IMG/VR virus record: IMGVR_UViG_3300037515_000246
Span: 1-42,893 of that record
Length of the DNA: 42,893 nucleotides
DNA from: a virus
Lineage: Duplodnaviria > Caudoviricetes
Reading direction: 5' to 3' (one strand)
Position numbers and translations under genes: made by a program. This document shows, piece by piece, positions 17,224-25,544 of this stretch; position 1 is the stretch's first letter; every line of letters begins with the position of its first letter. The notes below the pieces were generated by a model, which ran no database searches, was not told where the DNA came from, and was given only the letters and a program-made list of their open reading frames with translations.

Positions 17224-18114
17224 GTGCCCTATAAAGACATCAGCCGCAAACGCGCCAGCGACAAAGCCTACTGGCGCAAGGTCAAGGGCGCCGGGCCCTC
17301 GCCGGTCTCGGCGCAGTACAACCTGACGGTCGGCACGGTCAAGGACCTCGGCATCAAGGTGCCGAAGTACGGCCTCAAGATCGCCGTGATTCCCGACGTG
17401 CAGGCCATGCCGGGGGTGCCGCTGCAACACCTGGAATGGGCCGGGAAGTACATCGCCGACAAGCGCCCGGACGTTGTTGTCTGCATCGGCGACTTTGGCG
17501 ACTTCCCGTCCCTGTCGCACTTCGAGCGCGGCACACGCCTGTTTGAGGGGAGGCGCTACACCAAGGACCTTGACGCATTTCATCGTGCTATGGAACTGCT
17601 GATGAAGCCGATCGCGCGGGTGTCTGGGTGGGACCCCTACCTCGAATTTACCGAAGGCAACCACGAGGACCACATCGAGCGCGCCACGATCGAGGACGCG
17701 AAGCTGGAAGGGCTGATCTCTAAAGACGACCTGCGGCTGAAAGATTACGGCTGGCGGCAGCACGCTTTCTTGCAGCCGATCAGCATCGGCGGGGTAGCGT
17801 TCTGCCACTACTTTCCTTCTGGCGTCATGGGGAAGCCGATCACCTCAGCCCCCGCTCTGCTGCGCAAGCTGCACATGAGCGCCTTCGCTGGGCATCAGCA
17901 AGGGCGCGAGATCGCCTACAGCCGCCGCGCCGACGGGTCCAACATGACGGCGATCATTGCCGGCTCGTTCTACCAGCACGAGTACAAATATCTATCACCG
18001 TTCGCCAACGCTCACTGGCGGGGCATGTTCATGCTGCACGAGGTACAGGAAGGGCGCTGCGACGAGATGGCCCTGAGCCTTAACTTTTTGAAACGGCGGT
18101 ACGGGAAGAAATGA
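17224..18114 (+). CDS. Calcineurin-like metallophosphoesterase
   Basis: IPDVQ, IGDFGD, GNHE, HY and GHQQ motifs. Confidence 0.85.
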   Translation: MPYKDISRKRASDKAYWRKVKGAGPSPVSAQYNLTVGTVKDLGIKVPKYGLKIAVIPDVQAMPGVPLQHLEWAGKYIADKRPDVVVCIGDFGDFPSLSHFERGTRLFEGRRYTKDLDAFHRAMELLMKPIARVSGWDPYLEFTEGNHEDHIERATIEDAKLEGLISKDDLRLKDYGWRQHAFLQPISIGGVAFCHYFPSGVMGKPITSAPALLRKLHMSAFAGHQQGREIAYSRRADGSNMTAIIAGSFYQHEYKYLSPFANAHWRGMFMLHEVQEGRCDEMALSLNFLKRRYGKK

Positions 18115-18344
18115 ACCCGCTCACCACCGAACAACGCTTCGCCCTGCTGCAACGCGAGACCGTGTACCAAGCCGTGCGCGACTTGATGCTGACCGGCGAG
18201 GCGACGGAGGACGAACGCACCGCCGCCCGCGAATGGCTGTTCAACGACGCCAAGGGAGACGGCTCGTTCTTGTGGGCTTGCTCGGATGCCGGTCTCGACC
18301 CGGAAGCGGTGCGCGCTGAAGTGCGGGCGCGGGAGGTTAAATGA
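18111..18344 (+). CDS. Hypothetical protein
   Basis: AREWLF...SFLWACSDAGLDPEAVR, a common phage motif; coupled. Confidence 0.65.
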   Translation: MNPLTTEQRFALLQRETVYQAVRDLMLTGEATEDERTAAREWLFNDAKGDGSFLWACSDAGLDPEAVRAEVRAREVK

Positions 18345-18550
18345 AAATCTCTTGCGTGAATTGTAAGCATTTTCATAGAGGCGGTGCCTACGAGTACGAC
18401 ACGTGCGACGCCTACAAGCAGAAGGGGAGCGTACCCTACCAAGGCGAACTGTATAACGAAATAATTTACACCGCATGGGCCCAGTGCCTCGGACAAAAGT
18501 TTGAGCGCCGACTTTCGTTGTGGCAGCGGCTGGGTAAGCTGTGGGCTTAA
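18341..18550 (+). CDS. Small Cys-rich hypothetical protein
   Basis: CVNCKHF; GGAGG RBS. Confidence 0.55.
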   Translation: MKISCVNCKHFHRGGAYEYDTCDAYKQKGSVPYQGELYNEIIYTAWAQCLGQKFERRLSLWQRLGKLWA

Positions 18551-19794
18551 CCCCCCGCCCCTATCAGATCACCGGCCGCGACTTCCTGGCGTCGCACAGC
18601 CGCGCGTTGCTGGCCGACGAAATGAGAGTCGGGAAAACGCCGCAGGCGATTCTGGCGGCGGACAAACTTGGCGCGCAATCCGCGCTCGTTATCGGCCCCG
18701 CCATCGCCGTGCCGCACTGGTGGCGGGAATGGGATAAGTGGTACGACACGATAGGAACGGGCTTGCCCGCGCTCACTATCTTGAGCTACGACAAGGCACG
18801 CATGCTCTGGCAGTCCGGTGATTTGAAGGGTAAACGGTGGGATGTGTTCATACTGGACGAAGCCCACTTCTGCAAAAACCCGGAAGCCGCGCGCACGCAG
18901 ATGGTGTACGGCAAGGGCGGCCTCGGCTACCAGGCTGGCGCTATCTGGGCGCTGTCTGGCACGCCCGCCCCGAAACACGCCGGGGAACTCTGGCCGATGC
19001 TGCGCGCTTTTGGCGTCACGTACCTGTCCTATGACGTGTTCGTGTACTACTACTGCTCTGGGTACTGGGACAGGTGGAGCCGCGAGTGGCGCGTAACCGG
19101 CACCCGCGAGGACAGGATCCCCGAGCTGCGGGAAATGCTCGCCAAGGTAATGTTACGGCGCACGCGCAAAGAGGTGGCACCGGACATGCCGGAGATCGAC
19201 TTCCAGTTTCTGGAAGTGGACCCGGTGGCGGGGGTGGACATCAACTTCCCGCCGGCTTTGTTTGCCGACGATGATGTGCTTTTAGCAGCACTTGAATCAA
19301 ACCCGCAGGCCAACCGCGAGGACCGCCAGGCAGTGGCGCTGGCGAAGGTCAAGCCACTGACCGAGGAAATTGCGTTCGCCATCGAGAACGAGTTATTGAA
19401 ACAAACAGTGGTGTTCGGCTGGCACGTCGAGCCGCTGCAAACCTTGGCGTGGCAACTAAACCAGCGCGGTATCCGCTGCGAAGTAATTACGGGGGATACA
19501 ACAACGAAGAAACGCGAGATGGCGCAGACGACGTTTCGCAAAGGTGAGACGAAGGTGATCGTCGCCAACATCCTCGCCGCCGGCACCGCCATTGACCTAA
19601 GCGCGGCGTCGCACGGATATTTTTTGGAGCTTGACTGGGTGCCCGGCAACAACGCGCAAGCGGCCAACCGGCTCATCAGCATGGAGAAAGCCGAGCCGGT
19701 AACGTTCGACGTCTGCACTTGGCTTGGTTCCACGGACGACCGGGTGCAGCGAGTTCTGATGCGCCGGGTTCGAGAGATTAATCAACTGATATGA
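18541..19794 (+). CDS. SNF2-like (SF2) helicase
   Basis: LADEMRVGKT, LDEAH, LSGTP, MLRRTRKEV, AGTAIDL, QAANR. Confidence 0.92.
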   Translation: MGLTPRPYQITGRDFLASHSRALLADEMRVGKTPQAILAADKLGAQSALVIGPAIAVPHWWREWDKWYDTIGTGLPALTILSYDKARMLWQSGDLKGKRWDVFILDEAHFCKNPEAARTQMVYGKGGLGYQAGAIWALSGTPAPKHAGELWPMLRAFGVTYLSYDVFVYYYCSGYWDRWSREWRVTGTREDRIPELREMLAKVMLRRTRKEVAPDMPEIDFQFLEVDPVAGVDINFPPALFADDDVLLAALESNPQANREDRQAVALAKVKPLTEEIAFAIENELLKQTVVFGWHVEPLQTLAWQLNQRGIRCEVITGDTTTKKREMAQTTFRKGETKVIVANILAAGTAIDLSAASHGYFLELDWVPGNNAQAANRLISMEKAEPVTFDVCTWLGSTDDRVQRVLMRRVREINQLI

Positions 19795-19798
19795 GGAG

Positions 19799-20167
19799 AT
19801 GGAAATGGTGAAGCTGACTTTTGATTTTGACAGTCTGAGTGCCGCGCGGGATTTCTTGATCGTGTGCGTTGGCGCGCCCCATCAGGAACCGGTGCCGGTC
19901 CCCGCTTCCGTGGCTGAAACGCCCAAGAAGCCGCGCGCCAAGAAAGCGGAAGCCCCCGCCCCGGCGCCAGTCACCGAAGCCGGTAAAACCCTTACTACAG
20001 AGGACGTGCAAGCCGCGCTGGAAAAGCTGTTCGAGGCGAAGGGCATGGGCATCTGCCTGGAAGTTCTCTCGCGGTACGGCGCCAAGTTCGGGCGCGAGTT
20101 GAAGCCGGAGCAGTACGCCGACTTCATCGCGCACGCCGGGAAGGTCGCCGCGGGCGGAGCAGTCTAG
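19799..20167 (+). CDS. Hypothetical protein upstream of exonuclease
   Basis: GAGGAG RBS; Pro/Ala/Lys linker plus small helical C-domain. Confidence 0.65.
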   Translation: MEMVKLTFDFDSLSAARDFLIVCVGAPHQEPVPVPASVAETPKKPRAKKAEAPAPAPVTEAGKTLTTEDVQAALEKLFEAKGMGICLEVLSRYGAKFGRELKPEQYADFIAHAGKVAAGGAV

Positions 20168-21318
20168 TGGCCCACGCCCGCCTCTCTGCCTCGGCCGCGC
20201 ACCGCTGGATTCCGTGCGCGGGCAGTCCGAGCCTGTGCGAAGGCCTGCCCAATAAAGGCAGCATCCACACGGCGACCGGCTCGTTGGCGCACGACATCGC
20301 CGCGCGCTGCCTGACCAACCCCAAGGCCAAGCCGCAGATGTGCTTGGGAGAGAAGGCCACGCGCGACGGGTACGAAGTCACCTGCGATCAGGAGATGGTC
20401 GACGGCGTGCAGTTCTACCTCGACACCATCAAGGCCGATCTGGAGAAAGGCGATGAGACTTTTGTGGAAGTCGACCTCACCCCCGCCATCGCCAAGATCG
20501 ACGCCGACCTTGGCGGTACGGCGGACCACGTGCGGTGGCGGCTCAAGGCCCAACACTTGCTGGTGACCGACCTCAAGTATGGCGCCGGCAAGGTGGTGGA
20601 GCCGACCGAGAACAAGCAGCTCCAGATTTACGCCCTCGGCGTGCTGCTGAGACTTGATAAGCCGGTCAAGGAAGTCACGGTACGCATCATCCAGCCGCGC
20701 ATCGAGCACGAGGACGGGCGCGTGCGGGACTGGACATTTCCGGCCGTGGACCTGCTTTCCTTCGCCGCCGATGCTGCGGAATTCGCATCGCGCACGCGCG
20801 ACGCCAACGCCCCACTGGTGGCGGGGGAAACCCAGTGTGTTTTCTGCCCCGCGCGCCGTGTCTGCCCGGAGTTGGAAAAACAGCACCACGCGCTGGTGGC
20901 GGCGCAGTTCAGTGAACTGCTGCCTTACGACCCGCAAGCCCTGAGCAAGGCACTGGATTCCATCCCGCTCGTCGAGGCGCGCATCAAGGCCCTCCGTGAG
21001 TTCGCCTATACCGAGGCCGAGCGCGGCAACCCGCCGCCCAACTACAAGCTGGTGGCGAAGCGCCCGGCGCGTAAGTGGTTGAGCGAGGAGGCCATCGTGC
21101 TGTGGGCCAAGAACAACGCCATCAAACCGTTCGAGGATCCCGCCGTGAAGTCCCCGGCGCAGATGGAGAAGGGGCTCAGTAAGGCGCAGAAAGAATTGAT
21201 GGCGATGTACGTCGAATCTATCTCGTCGGGCAACGTACTCGCTCACGAGAGCGATAAGCGGCCGGCGGTCCACAAGGCGCTGGCTGAAGAGTTCGCTGTA
21301 CTTGGTGAACAGAAATGA
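20167..21318 (+). CDS. DUF2800-type Cas4-like PD-(D/E)xK exonuclease
   Basis: HARLSASAAHRWIPC, GSLAH, GTAD, DLKYGAG, QLQIYALG, CVFCPAR..C. Confidence 0.88.
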   Translation: MAHARLSASAAHRWIPCAGSPSLCEGLPNKGSIHTATGSLAHDIAARCLTNPKAKPQMCLGEKATRDGYEVTCDQEMVDGVQFYLDTIKADLEKGDETFVEVDLTPAIAKIDADLGGTADHVRWRLKAQHLLVTDLKYGAGKVVEPTENKQLQIYALGVLLRLDKPVKEVTVRIIQPRIEHEDGRVRDWTFPAVDLLSFAADAAEFASRTRDANAPLVAGETQCVFCPARRVCPELEKQHHALVAAQFSELLPYDPQALSKALDSIPLVEARIKALREFAYTEAERGNPPPNYKLVAKRPARKWLSEEAIVLWAKNNAIKPFEDPAVKSPAQMEKGLSKAQKELMAMYVESISSGNVLAHESDKRPAVHKALAEEFAVLGEQK

Positions 21319-21823
21319 AAATGTCCTATGCGTGGGCGATGCCGAGCAAGTGGACGTTTGAAGTTGCTCCGCTACGTGATGTCATCCACCGGTACAAAAA
21401 ACCAGGCGAGACGTGGGCGGACCCTTTTGCTGGTTTTAACTCACCCGCAGAGTTAACCAATGACCTTAATCCCACGTCACCTGCCGATTTCCACCTCGAG
21501 GCGGTTGAATTTTTGCGGCGCGTAGACATCCCGGTCGATGGTGTGATTTTCGATCCCCCATACAGCCTTACCCAAGTTTCTCGTAGTTACAAGGACCTAG
21601 GTAAGAAATTTAAGGGATCAGAAAACCCAACCGGGGGTTTTCCTAAAGCTAGGGACGAAATCGCTCGAATGGTGAAACCGGGTGGATACGTTTTGTCCTA
21701 CGGGTGGAACACGGTGGGGATGGGGAAGAAACGCGGGTTTGAAAAAGTTGAGATTCTTGTTTGCTGCCACGGTGGCAACCGGAACGACACCTTAGTTGTG
21801 GTGGAGCAAAAGAGTTCGCTGTA
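21287..21823 (+). repeat. 14-bp direct repeat bracketing the methylase
   Basis: AAGAGTTCGCTGTA at 21287-21300 and 21810-21823. Confidence 0.85.
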
Positions 21824-21824
21824 A
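21315..21824 (+). CDS. Minimal amino-(N6A/N4C) DNA methyltransferase
   Basis: DPFAG (motif I) and FDPPYS (motif IV); 169 aa; AT-richer than neighbours. Confidence 0.75.
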   Translation: MKMSYAWAMPSKWTFEVAPLRDVIHRYKKPGETWADPFAGFNSPAELTNDLNPTSPADFHLEAVEFLRRVDIPVDGVIFDPPYSLTQVSRSYKDLGKKFKGSENPTGGFPKARDEIARMVKPGGYVLSYGWNTVGMGKKRGFEKVEILVCCHGGNRNDTLVVVEQKSSL

Positions 21825-21882
21825 TCCCGGGACAGCGGAGTGAGAAGAAGTAATCCCCCCGGTTTAACTACGAGGTAAGCAC

Positions 21883-22452
21883 ATGAAAGTTCACTTACAG
21901 AATGTTCGTCTCACTTTTCCTCAGATTTTCGAGGCCAAGCAGGTTAATGGGCAGGGCGAGCCGAAGTTCTCGGCCGCGTTCCTGTTCCCGCGCAACCACC
22001 CGCAGGCAGCGGAGCTCGCCAAGGCGATCGAGGAAGCCGGTAAGTCGAAGTGGGGTGAGAAGGCCGCGGTGATGTTGCAACAGCTCAAGGCCAGCGACAA
22101 GCTCGCCGTACATGACGGTGACGGTAAGAGCGACTACGACGGCTATGCGGGCAATCTGTTCATCAACGCGTCGAACAAAGTGCGCCCACTCGTCATCGAC
22201 GGCAACCGCTCGCCGCTGACGGCCGCTGACGGCAAGCCGTACTCCGGCTGCTACGTCAATGCCATCGTGGAAATCTGGGCGCAGGACAACAACTTCGGCA
22301 AGCGCGTGAACGCGTCCCTGTTGGGCGTGCAATTCCTGCGCGATGGCGAACGCCTGGCGGGTGGCTCCGTGGCCGCGGCCGATGACTTTGAGGCCATTCC
22401 CGAGACCGCAGCGCCGGAAGCACAGAAGAGCGGCGCGGCCTCGTTGTTCTAA
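21883..22452 (+). CDS. ssb: Single-stranded DNA-binding protein (DUF2815/gp2.5-like)
   Basis: VRLTFP, KFSAAFL, YSGCYVNA, LLGVQFLRDGE, acidic tail, terminal Phe. Confidence 0.85.
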   Translation: MKVHLQNVRLTFPQIFEAKQVNGQGEPKFSAAFLFPRNHPQAAELAKAIEEAGKSKWGEKAAVMLQQLKASDKLAVHDGDGKSDYDGYAGNLFINASNKVRPLVIDGNRSPLTAADGKPYSGCYVNAIVEIWAQDNNFGKRVNASLLGVQFLRDGERLAGGSVAAADDFEAIPETAAPEAQKSGAASLF

Positions 22453-22472
22453 GTTCTGGAACGTAGAACGTC

Positions 22473-22503
22473 TGGCGGGGGTCATTCCCCGCCATATTTC
22501 TCT
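22473..22503 (+). terminator. Hairpin / weak terminator after ssb
   Basis: TGGCGGGGG-tcat-TCCCCGCCA followed by TATTTCTCT. Confidence 0.5.
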
Positions 22504-22706
22504 CAGGAGCCGCAAATGCTGTCGAACTGGCTGTACTCCCGCCTACGCCGCACAGAACCGACGTTGTCCAAGAACGCGCAGCGCCGGTTGGCGCACACAA
22601 GCGTGGTACACGACGGGCCGATGTACAACCGTCGAGGGCGGGCGACGCATGTTCGCTGGCTGCGGTTTGACATCGGACGGTTTCTGGATCGGAGTAAATA
22701 TACTCC

Positions 22707-24764
22707 GTGACCCTCGCCGCTCACGGGGACTTTGAAACAAAAAGTGTGCTCGACCTCCGCGAGGTCGCGCTGCACAACTACGTCCGGCACCCAACAACGG
22801 ACGTGTGGTGCCTGTCGTGGGCTATTGGCGACATGGAACCGGAAGTCTGGACTCCGGGTCAGCCTTGCCCGGAACGGCTCCGCCAGCACATCGAGGCCGG
22901 TGGCGAGTTTCACGCATGGAACGCCCCGTTTGAGATGGCGGTGTGGGCCGAGATCATGGTCAAGCGGTACGGATTCCCCCCTCTGAAGCCGGAACAGGTC
23001 TTTTGTGTGATGGCAAAGTCGTACGCTATGGGCCTCCCCGGCGCTTTAGAAGACGCGGCGCTTGCTCTCGGGCTGCACGTCTTGAAGGACACCGAAGGCC
23101 GGAGCCTGATGTTGCGAATGGCGCGGCCACGGAAAGTTCATTACCGCACACCAGAAAGCAAAGGGGTCCCGTTGTGGGATCATAATGAACACGACACGGA
23201 GTGGTGGGACGAGCCCGAAAAACGCGCTCGTCTTTACGCGTACTGTCAACAGGACACCAGGGTAGAACGTGAAGTTGACAAACGGCTCATGCCGCTCTCG
23301 GAGAAAGAGCGCCGCATCTGGCTGCTGGACTACAAGATCAATCAAAAAGGGATCGCCGTCGACCGCCCCAGCGCCGAGGCCGCAATCCGCATGGCCGAGA
23401 AGCTGAAGACCAAATACGACGCGCAGATGGCAGACGCTACGGGTGGCGCCGCCCAGACCTGCAACGCGCTCATCCCGATCAAACAGTGGCTGAATGACCA
23501 CGGCTGTCCGGTTGACTCACTGGCGAAGCAAGACCTCGCCGACCTGCTGCCCTGCGAAACGCTCACCTCCGAAGTGCGCCGCGTGCTCACTCTGCGCCAG
23601 GAAGCGGCCAAGGCCAGCACCGCCAAGTTCGCGGTAATGACCAAGATAGCGGGAGGAGATGACCGCGTGCGCAACCTGTTCCAGTACCATGGCGCGGCCA
23701 CCGGGCGCTGGGCCGGGCGCAAGGTGCAGGCGCACAACCTGCCGCGCGACGTGCCGCCGACGGAGATCGTCGACCGCATCCTGGAACACGTCCGCAACGG
23801 GGGGCACGAAGCCATCGACTTAATTTACGGCAGTCCGATGACGGTGCTGTCGCGCTGCCTGCGCGGGTTCTTCGTGCCGGCCAAAGGCAAGCTGCTTGTG
23901 GGCGGCGATTACTCCGCCATCGAGGGGCGCGGCACGGCGTGGATTGCGGGCGAGGAGTGGAAGCTCAAAGCCTTCCGCGCCGCCGATGCCGGTACCGGTC
24001 CGGGGATATACGAGCTTGGCGCTAGTCGCATCCTTCACGTCCCGGTCGAGACCATCAAGGACCCGTCGTTCGAGCGCCAAGCATACGGCAAGGTGCCGGA
24101 ACTAGCGTTGGGGTATCAGGGCGGGGTCGGTGCCTTCCAGACGATGGCGAAGACCTACGGCGTGCAGGTCACTGACGAGGAAGCCGAGCGCATAAAACTG
24201 GAATGGCGCGCGTTACACCCGAAGACCAAGGCGACGTGGTCCGCGCTGCAAGACGCCGCCGTCGACGCCGTGCGTCGACCAGGCGAGGTATTCCAAGCCG
24301 GGCACCCAAGTCGCCCGGTAAAGTTCAAGAAGGTCGGAAGCTTCCTGTGGTGTTTGCTGCCGAGCGGGCGCGCGCTCTGCTACCCCTACCCAAAGCTACT
24401 GCCGGGGAAGTTTGGCGAACAGCTAACTTACATGACGGTGCCGTCCCCCGACGATAAAAAGAAAGGCAAGATCATCGCCGACCCGCACAACACGGCGACG
24501 TGGGCGCGGGTCGGCACCTACGGCGGCAGCTTGCTGGAAAACGTGGTGCAGGCCGTGTGCCGCGACCTGTTGGCCGAGGCCATGCTGCGGTTGGATGACG
24601 CAGGCTGGGATGTTGTGCTCCACGTTCACGACGAAATTGTAAGCGAAGAAGGGATTATGGCCGATCCGCAGAATATGACAGCGATTATGGGCGTGGTGCC
24701 GGAGTGGGCTCGGGAGTTTCCGATTGCGGTGAAATGCAAGGCGATGACCCGGTACGGAAAGTGA
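22707..24764 (+). CDS. Family A DNA polymerase with 3'-5' exonuclease
   Basis: DFET, WNAPFE, YCQQD, TGRWAG, DYSAIEGR (motif A), KVPELALGY (B), HVHDEIV (C). Confidence 0.95.
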   Translation: MTLAAHGDFETKSVLDLREVALHNYVRHPTTDVWCLSWAIGDMEPEVWTPGQPCPERLRQHIEAGGEFHAWNAPFEMAVWAEIMVKRYGFPPLKPEQVFCVMAKSYAMGLPGALEDAALALGLHVLKDTEGRSLMLRMARPRKVHYRTPESKGVPLWDHNEHDTEWWDEPEKRARLYAYCQQDTRVEREVDKRLMPLSEKERRIWLLDYKINQKGIAVDRPSAEAAIRMAEKLKTKYDAQMADATGGAAQTCNALIPIKQWLNDHGCPVDSLAKQDLADLLPCETLTSEVRRVLTLRQEAAKASTAKFAVMTKIAGGDDRVRNLFQYHGAATGRWAGRKVQAHNLPRDVPPTEIVDRILEHVRNGGHEAIDLIYGSPMTVLSRCLRGFFVPAKGKLLVGGDYSAIEGRGTAWIAGEEWKLKAFRAADAGTGPGIYELGASRILHVPVETIKDPSFERQAYGKVPELALGYQGGVGAFQTMAKTYGVQVTDEEAERIKLEWRALHPKTKATWSALQDAAVDAVRRPGEVFQAGHPSRPVKFKKVGSFLWCLLPSGRALCYPYPKLLPGKFGEQLTYMTVPSPDDKKKGKIIADPHNTATWARVGTYGGSLLENVVQAVCRDLLAEAMLRLDDAGWDVVLHVHDEIVSEEGIMADPQNMTAIMGVVPEWAREFPIAVKCKAMTRYGK

Positions 24765-25537
24765 AGGCCTATTACAACGAAAACGATCCATTCGCCGCGC
24801 AATGGTTGCGCAACCTGATAGCCGCTGGATTGATTGCAAAAGGGGAAGTCGATGAGAGAGACATCAGAGATGTTAAACCCCTCGACCTGCTGGGATACAC
24901 CCAATGCCACTTCTTCGCCGGCATCGGCGGATGGAGCTACGCCTTGCGCCTCGCCGGATGGCCCGACGACCGGCCCGTCTGGACTGGCTCCTGCCCGTGC
25001 CAACCTTTCAGCGCGGCAGGCCAAGGAAAAGGGACTGCTGACGAGCGGCACTTATGGCCCGCGTGGTTCCACCTCATCGAGCAGTGCGAGCCCGGCGTCA
25101 TCTTTGGTGAGCAGGTTGAAGCAGCGATTAGGCACGGCTGGCTCGACCTTGTTCAGTCTGACCTGGAAGGAAAAGGCTACGCCTTCGGGGCGGTCGGTAT
25201 CCCTGCTGCGGGTGTCGGGGCACCGCATATCCGGCAGCGGTTGTGGTTCGTGGCAACTGGCCGGTACCCCGCGGTGCGACGAGAGGCGCAAATCGCCGGC
25301 GACTACCAAGGGCCGCGCTCCGAATTTATGGGCTCTGGCGCGTTACGCTTTTGGGATGAGTACGACACACTCACGTACTCCGACGGGTTTAACTACAAGA
25401 TACCTCCGGTTAAACTCGGAATTCAGCTCATGGTACATGGGCTACCCGCCAGAGTGGGACGACTGCGCGGCTACGGCAACGCCATCGTCCCGCAAGTCGC
25501 GGAGCAATTCATCCGCGCCACCGGACTCGCCGAATGA
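24761..25537 (+). CDS. C5-cytosine DNA methyltransferase (alpha chain)
   Basis: FFAGIGG (I), SCPCQPFS (IV), FGEQV (VI), PHIRQRLWF (VIII), YGNAIVPQVA (X); GTGA overlap with pol. Confidence 0.9.
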   Translation: MKAYYNENDPFAAQWLRNLIAAGLIAKGEVDERDIRDVKPLDLLGYTQCHFFAGIGGWSYALRLAGWPDDRPVWTGSCPCQPFSAAGQGKGTADERHLWPAWFHLIEQCEPGVIFGEQVEAAIRHGWLDLVQSDLEGKGYAFGAVGIPAAGVGAPHIRQRLWFVATGRYPAVRREAQIAGDYQGPRSEFMGSGALRFWDEYDTLTYSDGFNYKIPPVKLGIQLMVHGLPARVGRLRGYGNAIVPQVAEQFIRATGLAE

Positions 25538-25544
25538 CCAATAG
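24834..25544 (+). CDS. Overlapping alternative-frame ORF, putative methylase beta chain (motif IX)
   Basis: Ends in RLNSEFSSWYMGYPPEW; start codon uncertain. Confidence 0.6.
   Translation: MQKGKSMRETSEMLNPSTCWDTPNATSSPASADGATPCASPDGPTTGPSGLAPARANLSARQAKEKGLLTSGTYGPRGSTSSSSASPASSLVSRLKQRLGTAGSTLFSLTWKEKATPSGRSVSLLRVSGHRISGSGCGSWQLAGTPRCDERRKSPATTKGRAPNLWALARYAFGMSTTHSRTPTGLTTRYLRLNSEFSSWYMGYPPEWDDCAATATPSSRKSRSNSSAPPDSPNDQ

Noticed and set aside
20167-21318. CRISPR-associated Cas4
   Set aside because: Standard DUF2800-type phage exonuclease in a replication module; no cas genes or array.
22516-22710. 64-aa ORF before polymerase (also 12524-12643 and 27503-27592)
   Set aside because: Plausibly real coupled small ORFs, but no recognisable features to support a call.
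15721-24764. Z-base (2-aminoadenine) genome system
   Set aside because: No PurZ-like adenylosuccinate synthetase paralog in the window.
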